Shown one piece after another: positions 48,374-58,839 of a stretch of 64,000 bases of DNA. Position 1 is the stretch's first letter; the number at the start of each line of letters is the position of its first letter. Location of the stretch: positions 2,176,001 to 2,240,000 of the forward strand of contig CBDBEV010000001.1 of assembly GCA_965204535.1 (NCBI GenBank), in the 5' to 3' direction. Both the position numbers and the translations under genes were made by a program. Below the pieces are notes generated by a model that ran no database searches, had not been told where the DNA came from, and saw only the letters and a list, made by a program, of their open reading frames with translations. This DNA is from a bacterium. Its GTDB lineage: Bacteria; UBA8248.

Positions 48374-50200
48374 ATGAAGGCGAAAGAACCCAAGAAGAGA
48401 AAAGAAAAGAGAGAAACGGAAATACCCAGCCTGGAAGGGGACTCGGGCAACCATAAAGAGCCTGCTCCTGAAGTGGCGCAGCCCACCGGGGCGGGCGTAA
48501 GCCCGCCCGGCAGGACGGGACTTCGGGCGGCACTCGATTTCAAGGCCAGAGGCGAACCCTTCATCTGGGTCATGGGAGGTGCGCTCGCTCTGGGCGTATT
48601 GATGATCATCGGTTTTCTCGCGCTCGTCCTGTGGAACGGCATCGTGACGTTCTACCCGGGACCCGTCGAGGTGGTGACGCTCAAGAACGGCAAGCAAATC
48701 GCCGGCGAGCCGTTCCGATCTGAGAGTTTCCGCCCCTCCGAGGAGCAGTTGAAAGGAGTCGACCCGGAATCCCGGCGCGCCATCCGGGCGGCGGACGGGT
48801 CTGCGAGCCGCACGCTCTATAGAATCGGAAATTTCGACATCTATAACGAAGACTTCAAGTGGGCGGTGGCGCATCAGGTGGCCAAAACCGAGACGCCGCC
48901 CGGCATATTCTTCGTCGAGCGCAGGGAGTGGGGCCCGTTCATCGGTTTTATTGAAGAGTTGACGCTCGACGGCCGCCGGATCCCGGGCGAAAAAGTATCC
49001 CTGGATGCGTTGTACGCGGCCCACGGTGAGGCGGTCGATCGCAGGGAGGCCGTTCGCTACATCGAGGTGGATGAGATAGGCGCCATCAACTACTACATCG
49101 AAGAAGATAGGCTCGCCCTGCGGCGCACCGAACTCGATTACGGGAAGAAGAGTGCGGAGTATCGCACCGAGAAAGAGGAGTTCGAACGCCAGACGAAGGA
49201 GAGGCGGGCCGGATTCGTTGTACTTAAGAAGCGAATCGCCGCTGTCAACGAAGAGGATGAGAAATTCAAAATCACCCTCCGGGAGATCGGCGGACGCGAG
49301 AAACGTTTAAGGCTCTCGGAACTCGTCCGCATCTACCCGGCCAACGACCTGTCGTTCTTCGGGAAGATGGGCGTCTATTTCTCCCGGTGGGGCGAGTTTT
49401 TGACCGATGACCCGCGCGAAGCGAATACCGAGGGCGGCGTTCTGCCTGCGATTTTCGGCACCGTCATGATGACGCTGCTGATGGTCGTCTTCGTAGCCCC
49501 TTTCGGCGTTGTCACGGCACTCTATCTGCGTGAATACGCCAAGCAGGGCACCCTGGTCTCCATCGTTCGCATCTGCGTGAACAACCTCGCGGGCGTGCCC
49601 TCCATCGTCTACGGCGTGTTCGGCCTGGGGTTTTTCGCCTATACCATCGGAATTAGAATCGACCAGTTGTTCTACCCGGAGAAGCTGCCCAATCCCACGT
49701 TCGGCACGGGCGGTCTCTTGTGGGCGTCATTGACGCTGGCGCTCCTCACCGTTCCCGTGGTGATCGTGGCGACCGAGGAGGCACTCGCCGCCGTGCCCCG
49801 CTCCATGCGGGAGGGTTCTCTCGCCTGCGGCGCCTCGAAATGGCAGACCATACGGAACATCGTCCTGCCCCAGGCCATGCCGGGCATCATGACCGGGCTC
49901 ATACTGGCGATGGCGCGCGGGGCGGGCGAAGTGGCGCCCCTCATGCTTGTGGGGGTGGTGAAACTCGCGCCCGAGCTTCCTTTCGACTCCTTCTTCCCGT
50001 TCCTGCACCCCGAGAGGAGCTTCATGCACCTGGGTTTCCACATCTACGACGTGGGATTCCAGTCCAGGAACTCGGAAGCGGGGAAACCGATGGTTTTCGT
50101 CACGACGCTTCTTCTGATCACGATCATCGCTTTCATGAACGCTTTCGCCATCATGGTTCGCAACCGCCTTCGCCGGAAGTTCGTAGAAGGCCAATTCTAG
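48374..50200 (+). CDS. pstA: Phosphate ABC permease PstA, long form
   Basis: PREANTEGGVLPAIFGT, NNLAGVPSIVYGVFGLGFF, ARGAGEVAPL. Confidence 0.93.
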   Translation: MKAKEPKKRKEKRETEIPSLEGDSGNHKEPAPEVAQPTGAGVSPPGRTGLRAALDFKARGEPFIWVMGGALALGVLMIIGFLALVLWNGIVTFYPGPVEVVTLKNGKQIAGEPFRSESFRPSEEQLKGVDPESRRAIRAADGSASRTLYRIGNFDIYNEDFKWAVAHQVAKTETPPGIFFVERREWGPFIGFIEELTLDGRRIPGEKVSLDALYAAHGEAVDRREAVRYIEVDEIGAINYYIEEDRLALRRTELDYGKKSAEYRTEKEEFERQTKERRAGFVVLKKRIAAVNEEDEKFKITLREIGGREKRLRLSELVRIYPANDLSFFGKMGVYFSRWGEFLTDDPREANTEGGVLPAIFGTVMMTLLMVVFVAPFGVVTALYLREYAKQGTLVSIVRICVNNLAGVPSIVYGVFGLGFFAYTIGIRIDQLFYPEKLPNPTFGTGGLLWASLTLALLTVPVVIVATEEALAAVPRSMREGSLACGASKWQTIRNIVLPQAMPGIMTGLILAMARGAGEVAPLMLVGVVKLAPELPFDSFFPFLHPERSFMHLGFHIYDVGFQSRNSEAGKPMVFVTTLLLITIIAFMNAFAIMVRNRLRRKFVEGQF

Positions 50201-50215
50201 TGGAGATGAATTGAA

Positions 50216-51046
50216 ATGGTGTCCAACGCGGTAATGAGCGAGCAGGAAGCCGAATTCGAGGCGACGGCGTATCACCCCGTCGAGAGTGAACTGGGCAGCG
50301 TCATCGACATCGACGACTTCAGCTTCTGGTACGGCGAGAAACAGGCCCTGTTCGACAACACCATGAAAATCCAGAAAGAACTCGTCACCGCCCTGATCGG
50401 CCCTTCGGGCTGCGGGAAATCCACGCTCCTGCGCGCGCTCAACCGCATGAACGACCTTATCGACGGCATCCGCAGCGAAGGGAAGATTGCGATTGAGGGA
50501 ACCGACATCCACGACCCTCGCGTGGAAGTCATCGAGCTTCGCAAGCGCCTCGGCATGGTGTTCCAGAAGCCCAATCCCTTCCCGATGTCGATATTCGAGA
50601 ACGTGGTCTACCCCCTGCGTGTGGACGGCATCCGCGACAGGAATCTCCTGGAGGAGACCTGTGAGCGCTCCCTGCGCGACGCCGCGCTGTGGGACGAGGT
50701 GTCCGACCGGCTCCAGGACAACGCGCTCGGCCTCTCCGGCGGTCAGCAGCAGCGCCTGTGCATCGCCCGCGCGATTGCCTCGGAACCCGAGATCATCTTG
50801 ATGGACGAGCCCTGCTCGGCGCTCGACCCCATCGCCACGGCCCGGATCGAGGATCTGATAGCGCAACTAAAGGAACATTTCTCCATCGTCATCGTGACAC
50901 ACAACATGCAGCAGGCCGCCCGCGTCTCGGACAACACGGCTTTCATGTTCCTGGGCCGGTTGATTGAGTATGGGGAGACGAAGAAAATTTTCATGAACCC
51001 CATGAACGTGCGCACTTCTGATTACATCACCGGCCGATTCGGCTAG
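50216..51046 (+). CDS. pstB: Phosphate ABC ATP-binding protein
   Basis: [50 protein letters not shown]. Confidence 0.97.
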   Translation: MVSNAVMSEQEAEFEATAYHPVESELGSVIDIDDFSFWYGEKQALFDNTMKIQKELVTALIGPSGCGKSTLLRALNRMNDLIDGIRSEGKIAIEGTDIHDPRVEVIELRKRLGMVFQKPNPFPMSIFENVVYPLRVDGIRDRNLLEETCERSLRDAALWDEVSDRLQDNALGLSGGQQQRLCIARAIASEPEIILMDEPCSALDPIATARIEDLIAQLKEHFSIVIVTHNMQQAARVSDNTAFMFLGRLIEYGETKKIFMNPMNVRTSDYITGRFG

Positions 51047-51064
51047 GCGCTGGAGGAGATTTGC

Positions 51065-51748
51065 ATGGCACTGACGAGCGGAAGGGCACACACGAGTTCG
51101 GAATTCGAGAGCGAACTCCAGGAACTCCGCCGCGTTCTCCTGGAGTTGGGCGCCAAGGTGGAGGCGATGATGGCCAAGAGCATCGAAAGCCTCACCCGCC
51201 GTGATTCCGAAATCGCCCAGACAGTCATCGAGAGCGATTTGGAAGTCAACCAACTCGAAGTCGACGTGAACGAGCTTTGCCTGCAGATAGTGGCGCTCAG
51301 ACAGCCCACTTCCGTGGACCTTCGCTTCATCACGACGGGCATGAAAATCGCCTCGGACCTCGAGCGGGTGGGCGACTTGGCGGTGAACGTCTGCGAGCGG
51401 GCGCTGGAGTTGAACGAGGAGCCTCCGCTCAAGCCCTATATCGAAATACCGCGCATGGCGAGCGCTTCGAGCCAGATGCTGCGCGAGAGTCTGGACAGCT
51501 TCATCAAGGAAGACGTGGTGCTCGCGCGCAAGGTCATAGCGAGCGACGACGAGGTGGACGACATGAACGAGGAGTTGTTCCGCGAACTTCTGACCTACAT
51601 GCTGGACAACCCGCGCAACATCAGCCGCTCGACCCGCCTGACGTTCATCTCGAAATACTTCGAGAGAATCGCCGACCACGCAACGAACATCGCAGAGGCC
51701 GTCCTCTTCATGGTGGAAGGCCGGAACCCGAGGCGTAGCGTCGATTAG
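51065..51748 (+). CDS. phoU: Phosphate signalling protein PhoU
   Basis: ALRQPTSVDLRF, DLERVGDLAVN, ERIADHATNIAE. Confidence 0.96.
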   Translation: MALTSGRAHTSSEFESELQELRRVLLELGAKVEAMMAKSIESLTRRDSEIAQTVIESDLEVNQLEVDVNELCLQIVALRQPTSVDLRFITTGMKIASDLERVGDLAVNVCERALELNEEPPLKPYIEIPRMASASSQMLRESLDSFIKEDVVLARKVIASDDEVDDMNEELFRELLTYMLDNPRNISRSTRLTFISKYFERIADHATNIAEAVLFMVEGRNPRRSVD

Positions 51749-51842
51749 CTCCAGGCTCGTTCGCCTGAATCCATTTGTTTTTCAGAAATGAATCCCGGTT
51801 TGTTTGCCTCGCCTTTTCCGGGAAACTGGCTGAAAAAAATTC

Positions 51843-52880
51843 TTAATCTGCGATTCCCAGCCTGGATTTCAGGAGTTCGTAGTTCGAGGGGTCCATTTCC
51901 AATTCGTTCCGGTTGATCGCGCGCGCGAGTTCGCTCACGGCGTCGTTGTAGGGAGTGGGAATCCCGAGTTCCTTTCCCTTTCTTGAGACGAGGCCGTTGA
52001 TGAATTCGATCTCGTTCTTGCGGCCCTTGATGTGATCGTGAATGGGCGCCGTGCGGGCGCGCGGGCCGGTGTGGCCCGTCATGGTCGTGAGGGCGTTCAG
52101 AAGCACCTTGTCCTCGTCACCGGCGAAATCATCCGCGCTCAGCCCGAAGACGGGCTCGATGTTGATGCCCATCGCCGTGCCGACCGCCACGGTCTCCTTG
52201 CCGAGTTTCACCGCGACCTCGAAGATTCCGGGAAGTTTGGCGACCTCTCTGTTCAGCAGGCCGATGAGGCCCCAGGGTCCCATGCTCATCGAGTTCACGA
52301 CGAGTTTCGTCCATTTCGTGCCCCGGATGTTGGTGGAGATGTCCACCTTGGCGACGTGGCTCAGTATTTTCTGGATTTCCTCCAGACGCGGTGTGATGGA
52401 GCCGTCCAGTTCCCCCACGGCGAACCAGGTGCCGGTGCGCGGCGTGTTGCGCTGAACGAAACCCGGGTTGAATATCTCTCCCGATAGTTCGATGCAGCAC
52501 CCCACCACGCGCTCGGGGCCGAGAATGGAAGTCGTTATCTCCTCCTCGTTCATGCTGTTCTGAAGGCCCACCAGGGCGCCGTCTGCTTTCAAGTGGGGCG
52601 CCATGAGTTCGGCCATCCAGCGCGTGTCGAAAGATTTCACCGCCAGCAGGATGAGGTCGAATTCAGGTTTCACGGAGGCCAGCTCGCACACGTGAAGCGC
52701 CTTGACGCGAACCTTCAGGTCGAGGTCCGGCATCTGGATGTGGAGGCCGTCTTTTTTCATCGCCTCCACATGCGCCGGCCACTGATCCACGATGGTGACG
52801 TCATAACCGGCGTCGGTGAGATCGGCGGCGGCGCTGCTGCCGATGGCTCCGGTTCCGAACACGGCGATCTTCTCGAACAT
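51843..52880 (-). CDS. Ketopantoate reductase (ApbA/PanE) family oxidoreductase
   Basis: VFGTGAIG, AVKS.D, LQNS, KWTKLVVN, KGRKNEIEFING. Confidence 0.85.
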   Translation of the reverse strand: MFEKIAVFGTGAIGSSAAADLTDAGYDVTIVDQWPAHVEAMKKDGLHIQMPDLDLKVRVKALHVCELASVKPEFDLILLAVKSFDTRWMAELMAPHLKADGALVGLQNSMNEEEITTSILGPERVVGCCIELSGEIFNPGFVQRNTPRTGTWFAVGELDGSITPRLEEIQKILSHVAKVDISTNIRGTKWTKLVVNSMSMGPWGLIGLLNREVAKLPGIFEVAVKLGKETVAVGTAMGINIEPVFGLSADDFAGDEDKVLLNALTTMTGHTGPRARTAPIHDHIKGRKNEIEFINGLVSRKGKELGIPTPYNDAVSELARAINRNELEMDPSNYELLKSRLGIAD

Positions 52881-53368
52881 CTCTTGCCCTCCCTGGGTTT
52901 TCATCCGCTGACGATTCCCGGATGAAACCATATGTAGCACGCCTCTCGCCGGTTTCACGACCCCTCACGAGGCTGGTTCATCCAGCGGCAAGCCACGCTG
53001 TGGCGATTTTAGCCTGTCCCCCGCCTATTGGTTGACACGCAGGTGGCAATCACTAATCATGGTCGGAATCTTGAAAAGAGAATATCTGGGCGCGGCGTTT
53101 TTTGTTCACCGCTTTGAGTCGGGCGATTTTTGGATTCCGCAGAAGATGGGAAAGCCTCGCATTTTCGAGCCGGAAATCAGCGAGGGGTTGGTTTATTGGC
53201 AGATTCGCCGGATGCCGCATCATCAAGCTGGAATCTTCCCATCCACCCATGGGTCTTTTGCCCGTCAGGAGCCTTTTACCGCCGCATCTTGTGAATCATT
53301 GGAGCATGGCATGTGAAACTCCAAGCGAACCTATCGTCGACCGGACACCGAATAAAGGAGGAGTGAAG

Positions 53369-54898
53369 ATGAAGAAAAAGTTCGTTATTTTTGGAATGGC
53401 TGTTTTCATGGCGCTTACGCTGATGTCTGGAGACGCGCTTTCCGCCAAGAAAGATCAGCTTCTCATCGGGATGCCCGGAGACCCGACGACGTTCGACCCC
53501 CATATCCGGCTCGGACTCCCCATGCTCCAGTCGTGGCCGCTCGTGTTCGACAACATCCTCGCACGCGACATCAAAGGGAAAATCATCCCCGCTCTCGCGA
53601 CGTCATGGAGTTACGTTTCTCCTACGGTGCTGGAACTCAAGCTGCGCAAGGGCGTGAAGTTCCATAACGGGGAGCCCGTCGACGCGAACGCCGTGAAGTA
53701 CAGTATCGACCGTCTGTTCGACAAGAAGATCAAAAGCCGGATACGGAATTTCTACAGGAGTGTCAAAAAAGTCGAGGTGGTCGACTCGCACACCGTGCGC
53801 ATCCACACCAAGCATCCCGACCGCTATCTCCTCTCGCCGCTGGCGGATTTCAGCGCGGTGGTCCCGCCGAAGCACTATGCTTCCAAGGACCTCAAGCACC
53901 TCGCGCGCAGTCCCGTCGGAAGCGGCCCTTACCGCCTGACGAAATGGCGCAAGGGCTCCGAGATGGTTTTCGAGGCCGCCTCCGGATACTGGGACAAATC
54001 GCGACAGCGCGTGAAGAAGGTGATCGTCAAGGTCATTCCAGAGCCGACGACGCGCGTCTCGGCGCTCGTCTCGGGCGCGGTCGACATGATCAAGGACATC
54101 CCGCCACAGACGGTCCCGATGGCGAAATCGAACCCCAACGTCGACGTGGTCGCAGGTCCCGGCCCCAAGGCGTGTTCGCTCATCATGGTTCTCAAGGACG
54201 GCGCTCCCTGGTCCGACGTGCGCGTGCGCCAGGCGGTGAACTACGCCATCGACAAGGACAGCATCATCAAGAATGTGCTTCAGGGGCACGCGACGGCGTC
54301 CATGGGGACCGTCGTCGGCCCGAACAGCTTCGGCCACAACCCGGCTCTTAAGCCCTATCCCTACGATGTGGCCAAGGCGAAGAGCCTGTTGAAGGAGGCC
54401 GGATACGAGAAGGGCTTCACCGTTCCGCTGGTCGTCCCCTTGGGACGCTATCTCAAGGGCGTGCAGGGGGCGGAGGCCATCGCGGGGCAACTCAAGAAGA
54501 TCAACATCAACGTCAAGGTCAAACCGCTGGAATACGGCGCCTGGCGCCGGAACAGCCGCTCGAAATGGAAGAAGGGCTACAAGCCCTACTGGAATTACGC
54601 CTGCCGCAACGATCTCGCGCTGCATGCGGCCTGGATGTACTCCGGGCTCCTCTACAGCAAATCGACGCACGGGGGTGTGCGGAGCGAGAAGCTCGATAAT
54701 ATGATCGTGGAAGCGCGCTCCGAGCCGGACGAAGCCAAACAGGCCGCGAAATACCGGAAGCTCGCCGCATACATCAGGGAGCAGGCTTTTCTCGGCTTTT
54801 TGTATCACCTCGATGAGATTTCCGGGAAGAAGAAAGCCGTCGACTGGAAGATGCGCTCTACGGGCCTCGTGATCGCAACCGACGCGGGCTGGAAATAA
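53369..54898 (+). CDS. Peptide/nickel ABC substrate-binding protein (family 5)
   Basis: LATSW, LRKGVKFHNGEP, PVGSGPY, DVRVRQAVNYAID, YPYDVAKAKSLL.EAGY; AGGAGG RBS. Confidence 0.93.
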   Translation: MKKKFVIFGMAVFMALTLMSGDALSAKKDQLLIGMPGDPTTFDPHIRLGLPMLQSWPLVFDNILARDIKGKIIPALATSWSYVSPTVLELKLRKGVKFHNGEPVDANAVKYSIDRLFDKKIKSRIRNFYRSVKKVEVVDSHTVRIHTKHPDRYLLSPLADFSAVVPPKHYASKDLKHLARSPVGSGPYRLTKWRKGSEMVFEAASGYWDKSRQRVKKVIVKVIPEPTTRVSALVSGAVDMIKDIPPQTVPMAKSNPNVDVVAGPGPKACSLIMVLKDGAPWSDVRVRQAVNYAIDKDSIIKNVLQGHATASMGTVVGPNSFGHNPALKPYPYDVAKAKSLLKEAGYEKGFTVPLVVPLGRYLKGVQGAEAIAGQLKKININVKVKPLEYGAWRRNSRSKWKKGYKPYWNYACRNDLALHAAWMYSGLLYSKSTHGGVRSEKLDNMIVEARSEPDEAKQAAKYRKLAAYIREQAFLGFLYHLDEISGKKKAVDWKMRSTGLVIATDAGWK

Positions 54899-55030
54899 AG
54901 GCGATGCCGCGCCTCTCTCCCGGGTGGCAACCAGCGTGCCCGGGAGAGAGCGACGCCCGAAACCCGAACACGTAATCTTGGGCGGACGTAAGGGGCGGCG
55001 TTCGGGTTTCGCCTTGTAACGGGGGGCGCA

Positions 55031-55948
55031 ATGACGGGATTTATCGTTCGGCGGATGTTTCAGGCGGTCGTGCTCATGAAGTTCGTCCTGATCTTCGTGT
55101 TCCTGCTGTTGCACCTCTCGGGCGACCCGGCCCGTATCATGCTCCCCGACGACGCCACCGAAGAGGACATCGCCGAACTCAGGAACGAGATGGGGCTCGA
55201 TAAGCCGCTGTTGACGCAGTACCTCATCTTTTTCCGCAACGTCCTGCGCGGCAATTTCGGCGAATCCTTCGAGCACGGGGAATCAGCCCTCAAGGTCGTG
55301 CTCGAACACCTTCCCGCCACCATAGAACTCGCCTCTGCCGCGTTCATCATGTCCGTCATCATCGGCCTGCCGTTCGGGTGCATCGCCGCCCTCAAGGAAA
55401 ACACCGTCTACGACAAGGGCCTGATGTTCGGCGCCGTGCTCGGCCAGGCGGTTCCCGACTTCTGGCTGGGGCTGATGATGATCCTGTTCTTCTCCGTGAA
55501 GCTGGGGTGGCTGCCGCCGTTCGGCTACGGGGAGCCGGTTCACTTCGTCATGCCGACCATCGCCGCGGGCGTGTTTCACACGGCCCGCCTCGCCCGGCTG
55601 ATGCGCTCCGAAATGCTGGAGGTGCTGCGCCAGGACTACATTCTCACGGCGTATTCCAAGGGCCTGGCCGAGAAAATCGTGTTGTTCAAGCACGCCCTCA
55701 AGAATTCGGCCATCCCCATCGTCACCATACTGGGGCTGGACCTCGCCCTCACCCTGGGGGGGACCGTCATCACTGAAACCGTGTTCGCCTGGCCCGGCGT
55801 GGGGCGGCTCACCGTCGCCGCCATCCACCACCGAGACTACCCCATCGTCCAGGCGGCGGTCTTTCTGCTCGCGCTGGGCTTTGTCTTCATCAATCTGCTG
55901 GTGGACATCATCTACACCTACCTCGATCCCAGGATTCAGTACCGATGA
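55031..55948 (+). CDS. Peptide ABC permease (DppB/OppB type)
   Basis: GDPA, GLDKPL, RSEMLEVLRQDYI, HALKNS, ETVFAWPGVG, LDPRI. Confidence 0.94.
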   Translation: MTGFIVRRMFQAVVLMKFVLIFVFLLLHLSGDPARIMLPDDATEEDIAELRNEMGLDKPLLTQYLIFFRNVLRGNFGESFEHGESALKVVLEHLPATIELASAAFIMSVIIGLPFGCIAALKENTVYDKGLMFGAVLGQAVPDFWLGLMMILFFSVKLGWLPPFGYGEPVHFVMPTIAAGVFHTARLARLMRSEMLEVLRQDYILTAYSKGLAEKIVLFKHALKNSAIPIVTILGLDLALTLGGTVITETVFAWPGVGRLTVAAIHHRDYPIVQAAVFLLALGFVFINLLVDIIYTYLDPRIQYR

Positions 55949-56862
55949 GAGGTGACAGCGATGAAGTCCTCATGACGACCGAGGAGTTCCAGCACTTCGA
56001 CGAGACTCCCTGGTGGCGGCGGCTCGCGCGCTCACTCATCGCCACGAAATCGGCGATGGCGGGCGCCGTGATATTGCTCATCGTGCTTTTCGCCGCATTG
56101 TTCGCACCCCTGATCTCGCCGCTGGACCCCACGGCGCAATCCCTCACCCGGGTGATGAAGCCGCCCATGTGGGAGGGGGAGGGGCACCTCTTCTACCTGG
56201 GCACCGACCACCTCGGACGCGACCTCCTGAGCCGGTTGATCTACGGCGCGCGCGTGTCGCTCATCGTGGGACTCTCCGCGACGCTCATGGCGGGGAGCAT
56301 CGGTCTCATCCTCGGCATGATGGCGGGCTATTTCGGCGGGCGGGTGGACTACCTGCTGATGCGGCTGGTGGATTTCGTCCTCTCGTTTCCGTTCATTCTG
56401 CTGGCCCTGGCGACAATCGCCATACTGGGGCCGAGCCTCTGGCTGATCGTCTCCTTGATCTCGTTCCGCCAGTGGACGGTGTACGCGCGCGTGGTGCGCG
56501 GCAACGTGCTCTCGATTCGAGAGCAGGAGTTCGTCATCGCCTCGCGCGCCGTCGGCGGCAGCGATTTGCGCCTCATCTTCCGCCACGTTCTGCCCAACGT
56601 GCTGGCGCCCGTCATCATCATCGGCTCCCTCTATCTGGGGCGGCTGATCGTCATCGAGGCGGGCCTGAGCTTTCTGGGGCTGGGCGTCCCGCCGCCCACG
56701 CCCACCTGGGGCGGGCTGCTGGCCGAGGGCCGCTCCTACCTGTATGTCTCGTGGTGGATCGTTACCTTCCCGGGGCTCGCCATCACCCTCACCGTGCTGG
56801 GAGCCAACCTCGTGGGGGATTGGCTGAGAGACGTCTTGGACCCGCGTCTCAGGACGCGATAG
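55945..56862 (+). CDS. Peptide ABC permease (DppC/OppC type)
   Basis: LGTDHLGRDLLSRLIYGARVSL, EAGLSFLGLG, GDWLRDVLDPR. Confidence 0.94.
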   Translation: MRGDSDEVLMTTEEFQHFDETPWWRRLARSLIATKSAMAGAVILLIVLFAALFAPLISPLDPTAQSLTRVMKPPMWEGEGHLFYLGTDHLGRDLLSRLIYGARVSLIVGLSATLMAGSIGLILGMMAGYFGGRVDYLLMRLVDFVLSFPFILLALATIAILGPSLWLIVSLISFRQWTVYARVVRGNVLSIREQEFVIASRAVGGSDLRLIFRHVLPNVLAPVIIIGSLYLGRLIVIEAGLSFLGLGVPPPTPTWGGLLAEGRSYLYVSWWIVTFPGLAITLTVLGANLVGDWLRDVLDPRLRTR

Positions 56863-56893
56863 CGGATACCCGTTCTCATTCAGGAGAAAGACA

Positions 56894-57340
56894 ATGGCTG
56901 AAGACATGATGGAAAACTACGTCGACAAGAACCCCGACGTTCAGGAACGATTCAGGAAAGCGGGGGAAATCCGCCGCGCGATGGGAATCTACGGGGAAGG
57001 CGGGCAGACCACGGGCGATTTTCTGCAAATTTCTCCGGCGCACACGCAGACCATCATGGAGTATTGCTTCGGGATGGTGTGGGCGCAGTCGGAGACGCTC
57101 GACCTGAAAACGCGCGAAATCATCGTGCTCGCCACCATGGTGGCGCAGGATCTGCCCGGTGAACTGGCGTGGCACGTACGCTCCGCTCTGAACCTGGGCC
57201 TCACGCAAGATGAGATCATCGAAGCTATCGTGCAGTGTTCCCCCTACGTCGGCCTCCCCAAGACGAACCATGCGCTCAGAGCGGCGAAGCGGGCTTTCGA
57301 TGAGGCCGAGGGTAAAGAACCGAGCGACCTGGGGCATTAG
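56894..57340 (+). CDS. Carboxymuconolactone decarboxylase (CMD) family protein
   Basis: FGMVWA...LDLKTREII, ELAWHVRSALNLGLT..EI.E...Y.GLP. Confidence 0.85.
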   Translation: MAEDMMENYVDKNPDVQERFRKAGEIRRAMGIYGEGGQTTGDFLQISPAHTQTIMEYCFGMVWAQSETLDLKTREIIVLATMVAQDLPGELAWHVRSALNLGLTQDEIIEAIVQCSPYVGLPKTNHALRAAKRAFDEAEGKEPSDLGH

Positions 57341-57366
57341 GGGGTAGTTCCTGCTCGCCGAGGGGC

Positions 57367-57855
57367 TTATTTCCCCTTGAGGAGCCTGGGCCAGTTCTTA
57401 TCGCCCAGTTTGATGTTGCCGGGGATGTCCTCCTCCCAGGCCCGCTGAACGCCCTTGCTGTAGTTCAGGTAGAGCTTGCCGTCCACGATCTTCCAGGCTT
57501 CGGGGACGATGCTGGCCGTGTAGCCCCGGCTCACGGCGTATGCGCAGTAGCCGCCGTACCGGGGGGCGTATTTTTCAGGATTCGCGCGGAACAGATCGCG
57601 GTTTTTCCCGCTCGAGAAATACCAGGTGGCGCCCTTCCACTTGTGGGAGAAGGCCTTCTTCCCCTCGACGGGTCTGCTCTCGGTGAAATAGGCCACCGGG
57701 TCATACCCCCGGATGGCGCCTCCCAGCAAAGTGGAATAAACGGGCGTGATGGCCGCAGCCGACACAGGAAGAACGAGCAAGAAGGCGGCGAGCCATGCAG
57801 TGGCCCATACTCGTCGGTGGCAAGAGTTCCATAGCGATTGATTTGGTTTGCGCAT
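57367..57855 (-). CDS. YHS-domain secreted protein (Cys form)
   Basis: AIRGYDPVAYF, W.GATWYFSS, PEKYAPRYGGYCAYAV, IVDGKLYLN. Confidence 0.88.
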   Translation of the reverse strand: MRKPNQSLWNSCHRRVWATAWLAAFLLVLPVSAAAITPVYSTLLGGAIRGYDPVAYFTESRPVEGKKAFSHKWKGATWYFSSGKNRDLFRANPEKYAPRYGGYCAYAVSRGYTASIVPEAWKIVDGKLYLNYSKGVQRAWEEDIPGNIKLGDKNWPRLLKGK

Positions 57856-57973
57856 CTTTTGAGAGATCCTCTGAAAAATCAAAGCGGCGACGTTCCGAGG
57901 GTATTCCAATCCCCGGTCACCATTATACCCCAAACCCGAAGAATTCGTTTCGCAGTCGCGGCGAAAAAACCCA

Positions 57974-58651
57974 TCAGGGGTCGTAAAACTCAGGGAGAGT
58001 GAGGTAGCCCTCGCGAGGGAGTTCCGCCTTTACTGGCAGGCCTTGTCTTAGTTTCAGCCTCTGTACGGTTCGCAGATGCGCGAGCACGTTCCAGTAGATG
58101 TGGCGCAGGACCCCGCCGATTTCCAGGTGGAAAAGGCCGGGGCGCTCTTCGTCTTCGGAAAAGCCGAAAGGGTGCAGGCGGACGGACATTCTGTGGTAGT
58201 CGACGGGCTTGTGGGGGTCTCCGGCGCGGGAGACATCCGGATCGGTGTAGTAGGTGAACGACAAGGAGCGCAGCCTCTCCTCGCTTTCACGTTCGATGAT
58301 TTCACAGCAAAGCGCGGCCCAGGGCCGCATGAAGTCGACGACGGCCTTCTTGTCGCCCGCCGCCTCGGGCGGGACGTGGCGGATTCCCCCGTCGATGAGA
58401 TTGGCGATCAGGCCGGCGGTGTCGGGAAAGGCGTAGCCTTCTCTTGTAAGCATCTCACCTGCACGGAGATACAGCCACACGGGCGTCATGAGGGCGATGT
58501 GGCGGATTTGCAAATCCATCGACCATCGCGCCCAGGGCGGCTCCTCATTGGCATAGCACATCTGCTCGTGGGTCAGGCTCTCGACTTCTTCGTAGACGAG
58601 GTCGGGATAGTCTTCGAGAGCGACTCCAAGTTTTTTCCATTCTTCATTCAT
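57974..58651 (-). CDS. Hypothetical protein, DinB/DUF664-like four-helix fold
   Basis: WSMDLQIRHIA and LRHIYWNVLAHLRTVQRLK resemble the DinB His arrangement. Confidence 0.6.
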   Translation of the reverse strand: MNEEWKKLGVALEDYPDLVYEEVESLTHEQMCYANEEPPWARWSMDLQIRHIALMTPVWLYLRAGEMLTREGYAFPDTAGLIANLIDGGIRHVPPEAAGDKKAVVDFMRPWAALCCEIIERESEERLRSLSFTYYTDPDVSRAGDPHKPVDYHRMSVRLHPFGFSEDEERPGLFHLEIGGVLRHIYWNVLAHLRTVQRLKLRQGLPVKAELPREGYLTLPEFYDP

Positions 58652-58839
58652 CGGCTTTCACCTCCGGGGCAGGCTATCACCGGAAGGTGCAATTATACCT
58701 TCTTGTAAGCAGGGGAAAAGAAGAGTAGAATTTTCCCATCTATTCGAATCATTTTATATTTGCGCACTTTTCCGTGTCGGGCTCTACGATGTCCCCGCAA
58801 GGGGGATGTTTCTATTCCTGCTCAGGGAGGATCATACCA

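Noticed and set aside
56894-57855. CMD and YHS proteins as further selenoproteins
   Set aside because: YHS has TGC in GGYCAY; the CMD protein has no CxxC/UxxC and no in-frame TGA
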